A stretch of 64,000 nt of DNA from Paludibacter sp. (GTDB lineage Bacteria > Bacteroidota > Bacteroidia > Bacteroidales > Paludibacteraceae): assembly GCA_034002585.1 (NCBI GenBank), contig JAVFAG010000001.1, forward strand, positions 25,202-89,201, in the 5' to 3' direction. Of the stretch, positions 9,559-18,464 are shown in pieces. Both the position numbers and the translations under genes were made by a program. The notes under the pieces were generated by a model that was not told where the DNA came from, made no database searches, and was given only the letters and a program-made list of their open reading frames with translations. How positions within the stretch are numbered: position 1 is the first letter of the stretch; each line of letters begins with the position of its first letter.

Positions 9559-11084
9559 TTACTATACAGTTCGTTTCGGGGTAAGAGCTTTTTCAGATTC
9601 GCAATATTGTAAACGGTCACTGCCTGAGTAACCGATGTATAGTTCATGTACTCCGGAATGCTCATATCGTAGCGGTCGCGGGTGGTATGCCATATTTCCC
9701 GGTAACTAAAGTTATATCCCAGTGGGTCGGTATTTCGGAAAGCCACCACCGGCACACCATTCATCTGGAAATAAGCGTGATCGCTGCCTCCTGCTTTGGT
9801 AGGAAGAGGCTGTGGAGCGGAAGTGCTTTTTTCGAGCGTAAAGGGAATCCGTGGATCGTAGTTGGCCAGCCCTTCGGTGCATTTTTGAATATCATCGTAC
9901 CAGCCGGATGGAACCACCAGTCCCGAAGCAGCAGTGGGGCCACCATCCCGGTTGAAATAATTGGAGATACGTGTCAGTTTATCTTTGTTTTGCTCCACCC
10001 AAAACTTAGAACCGATAAGACCGTATTCTTCTCCGGCCCAAAAACAGAAGAGGATGGTACGATCGGGCTTGTTGCCTCCTGCCGCCATTATCATACGTGC
10101 CATTTCCAGGTTGGGAGCCACACCGGTTCCACAATCCACGGCCCCGGTGGCCGCATCGTGCGAGTCGAGGTGACAACCCGATATTACATACTCGTCGGGA
10201 AACTTCATACCTTTAATTTTACCTATTACATTGTGGTATTTCACCGGTCCCGGACGGAAATAATTCCGTATATCAAACTCAAGAACCACGTATTCACGAC
10301 GCTCAGCACGATCACGAATTTTGCGGTACTGCGTTTCATTCAGTTTGATATCGGGTATAGCTGGAAGTTTATCAAAACTGAGATTATATAGATTAGTTTT
10401 GTCGTACAGAGCTACCAGCGGAACAGGAGCCGACTGCACAATTCCCTGAATACCTGCTTCAGTCATTTCCCGGTAAAAAAGAGCAGGTTCTGATTTACGA
10501 TTTGCAACATTCCTGACTGTATCATTGTATTCGCGCACCGCTTGTCGAACAGAATCGCCCTTCGCTGAAAAATCGATTGCAAAACCGGTACTGGTCCCGT
10601 CAATCAATACCCAGGCACCTTTTAATTTCCCTTTCATCCGCAAAAACTCCTGTGTTGTAAGTGGTTCAATCAGTACATGACCACGTTGCAGACCTTTGGT
10701 CCCTGATGTATAGCTGGGTGTAACAAATTCGAGAGCTTCAGTAAAATCACTGTACACACGACCCAACCAGGGACCCCTGTTAAAACCTACCGGCAACTCT
10801 CCCACTTCCTGAATTTCCACTTCCAGGCCGTAACTCCGGAGCTGGCCGGCTACCCAGTAAGTGGCATTTGTATAGGCATCTGAACCAATAGGTCGCCCCC
10901 CGATACGATTGGCCAACACATCGAGATGCTGCATCGTGCGGTTGTCGGTGCGACCCATTTCCATTATGCGACGGGAAACTGCATTCTGAGCCAGAATTGT
11001 TAGCGAAAAAAAAGAAAAGAACACAACAAGTTGAAGCCGTTTTCTGAAAGCTGACATAATAGTGAGAAACATACACTGAATCAT
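9555..11084 (-). CDS. Secreted M28-family zinc peptidase (carboxypeptidase Q-like)
   Basis: GCHLDSHD, GAVDCGTG, WAGEEYGLIGS, NRDGG, GGSDH and WHT metal-binding motifs; signal peptide; true start may be 11057. Confidence 0.88.
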   Translation of the reverse strand: MIQCMFLTIMSAFRKRLQLVVFFSFFSLTILAQNAVSRRIMEMGRTDNRTMQHLDVLANRIGGRPIGSDAYTNATYWVAGQLRSYGLEVEIQEVGELPVGFNRGPWLGRVYSDFTEALEFVTPSYTSGTKGLQRGHVLIEPLTTQEFLRMKGKLKGAWVLIDGTSTGFAIDFSAKGDSVRQAVREYNDTVRNVANRKSEPALFYREMTEAGIQGIVQSAPVPLVALYDKTNLYNLSFDKLPAIPDIKLNETQYRKIRDRAERREYVVLEFDIRNYFRPGPVKYHNVIGKIKGMKFPDEYVISGCHLDSHDAATGAVDCGTGVAPNLEMARMIMAAGGNKPDRTILFCFWAGEEYGLIGSKFWVEQNKDKLTRISNYFNRDGGPTAASGLVVPSGWYDDIQKCTEGLANYDPRIPFTLEKSTSAPQPLPTKAGGSDHAYFQMNGVPVVAFRNTDPLGYNFSYREIWHTTRDRYDMSIPEYMNYTSVTQAVTVYNIANLKKLLPRNELYSK

Positions 11085-11145
11085 TTTAATTTACAGAGGT
11101 ACTCCGTTCGAAACAATCAGGAGTAAGATGAATCCGCCAGCTAAA

Positions 11146-12261
11146 CTATTTACCCGACGCAGGAAGGGTAAAACTGAACGTGGTACCCTCACCTTCTTTA
11201 CTCTCTACTGATAAGACACCATGATTATAAGCCACAAAATCATTGACCAGCAACAAACCCAATCCTGAACCTTTTTCATTGTTAGTTCCATAGGTTGTAA
11301 AGTGCTGACCCTGCCTGAACAATCTTGCAACAACTTCTTCATTCATTCCGATACCGTTATCGGTGACCGAAACACGAACCATCGAGCTATCCTTTTCGTC
11401 CAAAGCAACCGAAACAACGATTTTTCCACCCGGATTTGTAAATTTGATGGCATTGGAAACCAGATTTCTGAATATCAAACTGAGAGAATTGGTATCTACA
11501 AATACCGTATACACATTGTCGGCAAGAAAGTCAAGACTTATATTTTTGGCATTTGCAACGGGTTTCAACAAGCGAATACTTTCCATCACTGCAAGGTTGA
11601 TAATCACATCCTGCGGGTCAATACTCAGTCGTTTCGACTGACTGCGCGACCAATTGAGCAGGTTGTCGAGCAGGTACATTACACTTTTGGATGTAGTTCG
11701 TAACTCGTCGAATAATCTCATTTTAACAGGATCGGAGAATTCAAGATCCTCGCTCAGCAAATCGAGCACCTGTGAAAAGTTTCCAAATGGCCCCCTGAGA
11801 TCATGCGAAATGATGGAAAACAACTTATCCTTGGTCGTATTGAGTTGCTGCAGTTCTTTACTTTGCATTCGAATTTTAAGGTGAGTCGACACCCTTACCT
11901 TCACTTCCTCGGCTTTGAAAGGTTTGGTTACATAATCCACACCTCCTACTGCAAATGCCTGAATCACACTATCGGTATCGCTCAAGGCACTTATAAAAAT
12001 CACCGGTATTTCTTTTAGTTTAGGATTACTTTTAAGTTGTTTACACACCTCATATCCGTTGATATCGGGCATCATAATGTCCAACAAAATCAAATCCGGT
12101 TCCATCAGTTCCGCTGCTTCAAGGGCTTGGGTGCCGTTCAATACGGGACGGACCTTATACCCTTCCAGACGAAGTATTTCACTGAGCACTTTCAGGTTGG
12201 CAGGCGCATCATCGGCTATTAATATGTCGTAAATCGGAGTGGTTAAATTCTGGTGATTCAT
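11146..12261 (-). CDS. Soluble hybrid response regulator-histidine kinase (REC-HisKA-HATPase)
   Basis: ILIADD..LLDIMMP..TKPF receiver; ISHDLRGP H-box; NLVSNAIKFT, DNGIG, GSGLGL. Confidence 0.93.
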   Translation of the reverse strand: MNHQNLTTPIYDILIADDAPANLKVLSEILRLEGYKVRPVLNGTQALEAAELMEPDLILLDIMMPDINGYEVCKQLKSNPKLKEIPVIFISALSDTDSVIQAFAVGGVDYVTKPFKAEEVKVRVSTHLKIRMQSKELQQLNTTKDKLFSIISHDLRGPFGNFSQVLDLLSEDLEFSDPVKMRLFDELRTTSKSVMYLLDNLLNWSRSQSKRLSIDPQDVIINLAVMESIRLLKPVANAKNISLDFLADNVYTVFVDTNSLSLIFRNLVSNAIKFTNPGGKIVVSVALDEKDSSMVRVSVTDNGIGMNEEVVARLFRQGQHFTTYGTNNEKGSGLGLLLVNDFVAYNHGVLSVESKEGEGTTFSFTLPASGK

Positions 12262-12628
12262 GCTCTTTTAGTACTAATTTGAAAGTTATTGTTGTTAGCC
12301 CCCTTAATTATTCAATAGAACCAATTGATCTGTTTCCTCTTTTGTTTTTTTATCATCGGCCACTAAGGTACGGTTTTTTTTTAATTTTTCAGCATAAAAT
12401 TCCACGTTTGAGATTTTAATTTCATTATTTTACATCCTTGAATATTGTTTGGTGAATATCAAAATTACTTTTCAAACTGCACGGAATTTTAGTTACAATA
12501 TATTGTTCAGCATTTAATTTTATTGCAAAAGTAAAAAAAATATCAACATATCCGTCAAAACAATTAATAACTGTAGAAAATATAAAAAAATACACTATAT
12601 TCGTCGTCGGTTTTAATTACGACACTTA

Positions 12629-14860
12629 GTGCCACTACACCCTATGTTCAACGATTCCACGACAAACCAACCGGAAAAGTCAAAGCGCGAGATTGATGAG
12701 ATGTATCCCGAGCTTTTCAGCAACAAACAATTGTTGTTCGACTGGACCTGCAATAATCTGAATTGCAACTACCAAAAACTGGTAAACGCGATTACTTTAA
12801 TATATACAGCAGCAGATTTAGAGGATGTTGAACGGGACATTCCGCTTGCATTGAGATTAATGGCTAAGTTTACCGGAGCCGATCATATTGCAGTTTGTGA
12901 AAGCCGAAACAGATACCGCACGATAACACGTTATTACGAATGGAATGCTGAAGATGTAGAATTTTTGCAGGGAGATTCAGGAAAGGTAACCACTGCAACG
13001 CTTCTTAAATCCTATTATCCTTTTCATAGCCGAAATCAGGAAATATTCATTCAATCGACTGAAAAGGCCGGCCCTGATCAGGAAGAATTGAAAAACTTAA
13101 TGGCCATCCATGGTATCAGGAGTCTGATCAGTTTACCTATGACAGCGAACGACACTACGCTCATAGGCACACTGGAATTGTTTTACTTTAGAAAAAACAC
13201 TGATTTTCACGACCGTGAAAAAAATCTGCTTCGCTTTCTTACACAACTTCAGGTAAACGTAATGCAGCGTATTTTCAAGCTTAAACAGCTACTTTCCGAT
13301 GCCGACACCTATTTAAGCAAACAGCTTCAGAATGAAAAAGAGCTACTATTGGCACGTGAACATGCCGAAGCTGCAAAAAAAACAAAAGACACTTTTTTTG
13401 TTAATCTGAGCCACGAAATACGTACTCCCCTGAACATAATTGCAGGCATGCAACGCGAGTTGATGCGCGAAAAATTAACTGCACGTCAGAAAAGTTTTAT
13501 CCAACAGTCGACGATTGCTTCCCGATATCTCCTAAACCTCTTCAACAACGTATTGGATATCAACGACATGGAAGCAGGTACTTTTCACCTTAACCAAAAA
13601 GATTTCAGCCTGCGCCAGCTGCTACTGGAAGTAAAAGAAATGATGGAAGGAAAAGCAGAGGAGAAAAAAGCAATCGAGTTTCAGTTTATCATCAGCGAAT
13701 CGCTATATCCGGCTTACAGAGGAGATGCACAGCGATTGCAACAAATCCTTGTCAAACTGATATCGAATGCTTTTAAATTTACAAACGAAGGGCTAATAAG
13801 GGTTGAGGTAACAATACGCAGAAAAACCAGTGGATTTCATGAACTCCTGTTTGAAATATCTGATACCGGTATCGGAATGGGCGATAGCTTTAAAAACAAA
13901 GTGTTCGACAAATTTACTCAGGAAGATGATTCACTCACCCGTATGCACGAAGGAGCAGGGCTGGGACTGTATATTTGTTATCGCCTGGCAGACCAGATGG
14001 GAGGTTCCATCCGGATGGAAAGCGAACAAGATGCCGGAACACAATTCCAGCTAACACTACCCCTACAATTAGGAGACACAAAAATACTGGAGGCTCAACA
14101 GTCGGTTACAGGAGGTTATAATTTTAAAGACAGGCGTATCCTACTGGTAGAGGATAACGACACAAACCGTTTTATTGCACGTCAGACTCTACAAAATACC
14201 GGTTGTCAAATCACTGAAGCTATCAATGGACAAGAAGCAATTGAACTGGTTAGTAAACACAATTTTGATCTTATCCTGATGGATATTCAGATGCCGGTTA
14301 TGAATGGAATGATTGCTACCCGTATTATTCGACAGGAGCTTAAACTCACACTACCAATAATTGCCTTTACTGCAAATGCTATAGATAGTGAAATAGCCAG
14401 GTATTTAAGTTTTGGCATGGATGATTACATAGTAAAACCCTATCGAGAAACAGATTTATACGAAAAAATTTATAAACTAATTTACCATGAAAGCATGAAT
14501 CAGGAGGCAATACCTATGAACGAGAAACTTTATGACCTTGGTTATCTCCGTGAATTAAGTCAGGGAGATGAAAGTTTTACTAAGCAGATTATAGAAACAT
14601 TTATTGCAATGGTAGAACAATCGGTTGTGCAACTACAAACAGCACTCGAGAATAAGGATGTTGAAACTTTGCGCAAAATTGCACACAAGATCAAACCAAC
14701 TTTGGCTAACTTTCAGATTAACAGCTTAAAAGAACTTGTTGAGAAAGTTAACTCGCTCAAATCAGAGAACACTAACTGGGAAGAAATAAGGAACGACACA
14801 AACAAAATTACAGGTATTTTAACAACCATTCAGGTTCAGTTAAAAAAAGACATCGAATAA
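12629..14860 (+). CDS. Soluble hybrid sensor kinase (GAF-like-HisKA-HATPase-REC-HPt)
   Basis: GAF-like segment (GIRSLISLPM..LIGTL), LSHEIRTPL, DTGIG/GAGLGL, LLVEDN..LMDIQMP..VKP, HPt AHKIKP; no TM helix; ATG alternative at 12644. Confidence 0.9.
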   Translation: MPLHPMFNDSTTNQPEKSKREIDEMYPELFSNKQLLFDWTCNNLNCNYQKLVNAITLIYTAADLEDVERDIPLALRLMAKFTGADHIAVCESRNRYRTITRYYEWNAEDVEFLQGDSGKVTTATLLKSYYPFHSRNQEIFIQSTEKAGPDQEELKNLMAIHGIRSLISLPMTANDTTLIGTLELFYFRKNTDFHDREKNLLRFLTQLQVNVMQRIFKLKQLLSDADTYLSKQLQNEKELLLAREHAEAAKKTKDTFFVNLSHEIRTPLNIIAGMQRELMREKLTARQKSFIQQSTIASRYLLNLFNNVLDINDMEAGTFHLNQKDFSLRQLLLEVKEMMEGKAEEKKAIEFQFIISESLYPAYRGDAQRLQQILVKLISNAFKFTNEGLIRVEVTIRRKTSGFHELLFEISDTGIGMGDSFKNKVFDKFTQEDDSLTRMHEGAGLGLYICYRLADQMGGSIRMESEQDAGTQFQLTLPLQLGDTKILEAQQSVTGGYNFKDRRILLVEDNDTNRFIARQTLQNTGCQITEAINGQEAIELVSKHNFDLILMDIQMPVMNGMIATRIIRQELKLTLPIIAFTANAIDSEIARYLSFGMDDYIVKPYRETDLYEKIYKLIYHESMNQEAIPMNEKLYDLGYLRELSQGDESFTKQIIETFIAMVEQSVVQLQTALENKDVETLRKIAHKIKPTLANFQINSLKELVEKVNSLKSENTNWEEIRNDTNKITGILTTIQVQLKKDIE

Positions 14861-14928
14861 AAATAAAAAAATATTGAAATTATTTTTCAAAAAAAAAGCT
14901 ATAGTAGTTGATATGTAAAATATTTTAC

Positions 14929-14936
14929 TACTTTTG
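14929..14936 (+). promoter_or_regulatory. Bacteroidota -7 promoter box (TACTTTTG) for the signalling-polysaccharide operon
   Basis: TAnnTTTG consensus in the intergenic region, flanked by palindromes. Confidence 0.65.
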
Positions 14937-15027
14937 CATGTAGTAGTACAATATTTTTTGTAATTATTACAAAAACTTAATGCAACCTTATCCGTTGCTG
15001 AAACATGATTAGCCATTCAGGCGTTAC

Positions 15028-16185
15028 ATGTTTAAGCAAAATAATTACAGGATGAAGAAAGTAATTGTTATTGACGACAATACAGTATCGTTGGTACTGA
15101 TTGCAAAAATATTAAATAATGCAGGTTACAAGGCAATTGTGACCGACGATGCTGCCAATGCACTTGATAAAATCAGGCAGGAAAAGCCGTCAATGATAAT
15201 TCTTGATATCGAAATGCCTGAGATTACCGGTTTTGAACTCTGCCGTAAAATAAAAACCCAGGATGATTTAAAGGATATTCCGGTTATATTCCTGACTGCC
15301 AACCAGGAAACTGATACGCTTGTAGAAGGTTTTCAGTCGGGTGGAGTCGATTTCATCACCAAACCTTTCAGAAAGGAAGAGTTGTATGTTCGGGTGCGCA
15401 ATCACATTGAACTTGCAGAATCCCGTAAAACAATTATTGAGATGAATAAGTCACGCGACAAACTTTATTCCATTATTGCTCACGACATTCGTTCCCCTCT
15501 GGCAGGTATACTTCAAACAATTGATGCTATCGATCAGGGATTTTTCGATCCTTCTTCCGAACTTTTCCGCGAAATCATTCGTGACCTTAAAGGCAGGACA
15601 AATGAAACTAATACCCTGCTTAACAGCTTGTTGCAATGGACACGCATGCAGGACAAAACGGTGGCGCTCAACCCCAAGATGACTAACATTTATGATGTGG
15701 TGAAAAGCTGCATCAGTTTACTTGAACTGAATGCACGGGAAAAGAAGATTACTATCGACCTGAAAGTGAAGAAAAACTACGAAGCTTTTTGCGACGAAGT
15801 AAGCATCCATACGATTTTCAGAAACTTAATCAACAATGCGATTAAATTTACCCCTGAAAATGGAAAAGTGACTATCAATGCTAAAAGTGGAATACGCTAT
15901 GTTGAAGTTACAGTGGAAGATACTGGTGTGGGGATGAGTAATGAGATTATCAACAAAATTATGGTTGAGAATGAACACTATACCAGTTTTGGAACACATA
16001 ATGAAAAAGGAACCGGTTTAGGGTTGATGATTGTCAAGAATTTCGTTCAGCGTAACAAAGGAACTTTAAAAATTGAAAGTAAAGAAGGTTACGGAAGCAA
16101 ATTTACAATTGGCATCCCTGCGTTGCCGCGCAATAGCAGTATTCCCAAAAAAAGAAAAAAAGTGACCGAAAAGAAATCAGAATAA
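15028..16185 (+). CDS. Soluble hybrid response regulator-histidine kinase (REC-HisKA-HATPase)
   Basis: VIVIDD..ILDIEMP..TKPF; IAHDIRSP; NAIKFT; GTGLGL. Paralogue of 11146-12261; start may be 15052. Confidence 0.93.
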   Translation: MFKQNNYRMKKVIVIDDNTVSLVLIAKILNNAGYKAIVTDDAANALDKIRQEKPSMIILDIEMPEITGFELCRKIKTQDDLKDIPVIFLTANQETDTLVEGFQSGGVDFITKPFRKEELYVRVRNHIELAESRKTIIEMNKSRDKLYSIIAHDIRSPLAGILQTIDAIDQGFFDPSSELFREIIRDLKGRTNETNTLLNSLLQWTRMQDKTVALNPKMTNIYDVVKSCISLLELNAREKKITIDLKVKKNYEAFCDEVSIHTIFRNLINNAIKFTPENGKVTINAKSGIRYVEVTVEDTGVGMSNEIINKIMVENEHYTSFGTHNEKGTGLGLMIVKNFVQRNKGTLKIESKEGYGSKFTIGIPALPRNSSIPKKRKKVTEKKSE

Positions 16186-16194
16186 ACGGTAGAT

Positions 16195-16569
16195 ATGAAC
16201 AAAAAGATATTAATTATCGACGATAATAACGAATTCAGACGGCTTACCAAAACCATTCTGATGAGTAAGTACGAAGTTGAAACAGCCATTAACGGAATTG
16301 AGGCATTCACTCTGTTGCAAAATGGTTATATGCCCGATTTGATTGTTACTGATTTGATGATGCCGGGCATGGGTGGAAAGGGATTTGTGGAGCAATTGAA
16401 ATCAAGTGGCGCATTTCAACATATTCCGGTCATTGTGTTATCGTCGATTGATAAAAGCGACGAGAAAATACAGTTGTTGCAGCTGGGAGCTTCCGATTAC
16501 CTTGAAAAGCCCTACAATCCATCGGAATTACTCATCCGTATTGAGAATATTTTCAAATTCAGAGTTTAG
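16195..16569 (+). CDS. Stand-alone receiver (CheY-like) response regulator
   Basis: ILIIDD, VTDLMMP (phospho-Asp), LSS, LEKPY; 124 aa with no output domain. Confidence 0.92.
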   Translation: MNKKILIIDDNNEFRRLTKTILMSKYEVETAINGIEAFTLLQNGYMPDLIVTDLMMPGMGGKGFVEQLKSSGAFQHIPVIVLSSIDKSDEKIQLLQLGASDYLEKPYNPSELLIRIENIFKFRV

Positions 16570-16587
16570 ATCGACATCTATCAGCGT

Positions 16588-17700
16588 ATGACAGTAAAGG
16601 CGTTGTACATAGGAAAAGACCCCGGATTTACCGAAAGGATAAATCAGGGGGAGTGTCTCTTTGAATTTCAACAGTTTAGTTCTGTATTTGAAGCAGTTGT
16701 ACTTTTTCAATCCACTGATTGTATTTTTTACCACCAGGATAATGAAACTGAAACTCAGCTTGCTTTGCAAATTATTCGGCAGAATGTATTGGGAAAACGA
16801 ACGGTAGTGTTTGTAATCGGCGACAAAGCTCTGGCGCAAACCTGGCTAAAAAGCGGCGCCCACGATGTTTTTTCTGTGCAGGTCTCTCCTGAAGCAATTT
16901 GCAAACGATTTACCTTTTTGTACGAAAATTTCGATCAATTAAGCAATGCCAATAAGTCGGAAGAACCTCTCACTACTTTCAGGCTACCAGTTTGGAAACG
17001 TACCTTCGACGTACTTTTTTCAGGAACAGTATTGCTGGTTTTATTACCTGTTTTTTTACTTATTGCCCTGGCAATCCGTCTCGAATCCAAAGGAAGGGTA
17101 TATTATGTTGCCCCCCGTGTAGGTACCGGTTACCGGATTTTCGGATTCATCAAATTCAGAAGTATGTATCAACATGCCGATAAAAAGGTGGATAACCTGT
17201 TAAAAGATAATCAGTACCTCATTGAAGATGTAGAACCCTATGAATACAACAACGAAAGTCCACTGCTCATCAGTGATGAGGGACTGATACAGGAAGATGT
17301 ATTCAAGCAGAAAAAATCGGCTAAGCGTGAAAATCCATTTTTCAAAGTGGCCAACGACCCGCGTATCACTAAAGTAGGGAGGTTTATCCGAAACACAAGC
17401 ATCGACGAACTACCTCAGTTTGTAAATGTACTTTTAGGGGATATGTCAATTGTGGGTAATCGCCCGCTACCGCTTTACGAAGCCGAGATGTTGACCACCG
17501 ACCAATGGTCGAAACGGTTTGCAGCTCCTGCCGGCATAACCGGTTTGTGGCAAATTACAAAGCGGGGTGGTGCCAATAAAATGTCGGCCGATGAACGCAA
17601 ACAGCTGGATGTGGAATATGCCGAGAATTTTTCGTTTTGGTACGATATTAAGATTATATTGAAAACCATTCCTGCAATGTTGCAACACGAAAATGTGTAA
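16588..17700 (+). CDS. Priming (undecaprenyl-phosphate) sugar transferase with N-terminal degenerate receiver-like domain
   Basis: KRTFD, KFRSM, DPRITKVGRFIRNTSIDELPQ, MSIVGNRPL and GITGLWQ motifs; extra ~120 aa N-terminal domain. Confidence 0.9.
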   Translation: MTVKALYIGKDPGFTERINQGECLFEFQQFSSVFEAVVLFQSTDCIFYHQDNETETQLALQIIRQNVLGKRTVVFVIGDKALAQTWLKSGAHDVFSVQVSPEAICKRFTFLYENFDQLSNANKSEEPLTTFRLPVWKRTFDVLFSGTVLLVLLPVFLLIALAIRLESKGRVYYVAPRVGTGYRIFGFIKFRSMYQHADKKVDNLLKDNQYLIEDVEPYEYNNESPLLISDEGLIQEDVFKQKKSAKRENPFFKVANDPRITKVGRFIRNTSIDELPQFVNVLLGDMSIVGNRPLPLYEAEMLTTDQWSKRFAAPAGITGLWQITKRGGANKMSADERKQLDVEYAENFSFWYDIKIILKTIPAMLQHENV

Positions 17701-17720
17701 TATTATTGATTAATTAATTT

Positions 17721-18464
17721 ATGCGCTATAGTATCCTCATAATAGTTCTGCTCGCTGGCATTCTTCAAATGAATGCCCAGCATGTTGCTGATTTGTTCGA
17801 CGACCTCGACAACGACTCAGCAGTAGTTGACTTTAAAACTCCGGAATTAGGGGAATTTCTGGATGCAGCACTGGCCTATCATGCCTACCACCGTATGCAG
17901 GATGCTCAGATGCGTAACTTCGAATCACAAATCATGGCCAAAAAACGTGAGTGGATGGATCACTTTTATATTGATGCTGACACACGTTATGGATTGTATA
18001 ATTATATTCTTGTAACAGGGAGTTCTTCTTCTCCCGGAATAGCTCCGACCGACAACCAATACAGTTACTACATTGCCTTTTCAGTTCGTATGCCATTATC
18101 GGTATTTACCAAAACCAAACATGAAATTCGTTCGCTTCAACACACCGTTGCTCAGCATAAAGCTTATCAGGAACAGCTCGACGATGAGTTAATGCGTATC
18201 GTGATTGAAGAATATTACCTAATGCGTGCATTCAGAGAGCAAATGTTTGCTCACCAAGAAGTTATGCAAACCGTACGTTCAATTTACCTGAAAGCGCTGG
18301 GTGATTTTGAAAGGGGCTATGTAAGCATGGAAGCGGTTGTCGACATAGCCGAATCCAAAGCCAAGGCTGAAACCGACTTTTACAAGGCAAAATTCGAGTT
18401 TTTCATGCACGCTGAAAAGTTATTTGCATTAACAGGTTACAAATTAAAACCTTCTGCCAAATGA
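17721..18464 (+). CDS. Short TolC/outer-membrane-efflux-like protein (single repeat)
   Basis: Signal peptide; helix, amphipathic beta hairpin (FYIDADTRYG..YYIAFSVRMPL), then long coiled-coil helices ending LFALTG; 247 aa. Confidence 0.65.
   Translation: MRYSILIIVLLAGILQMNAQHVADLFDDLDNDSAVVDFKTPELGEFLDAALAYHAYHRMQDAQMRNFESQIMAKKREWMDHFYIDADTRYGLYNYILVTGSSSSPGIAPTDNQYSYYIAFSVRMPLSVFTKTKHEIRSLQHTVAQHKAYQEQLDDELMRIVIEEYYLMRAFREQMFAHQEVMQTVRSIYLKALGDFERGYVSMEAVVDIAESKAKAETDFYKAKFEFFMHAEKLFALTGYKLKPSAK

Noticed and set aside
11100-11125. TACTCC..GTTCGAAAC..GGAGTA hairpin resembling a tRNA T-arm
   Set aside because: No cloverleaf can be built; most likely a weak intergenic stem-loop.
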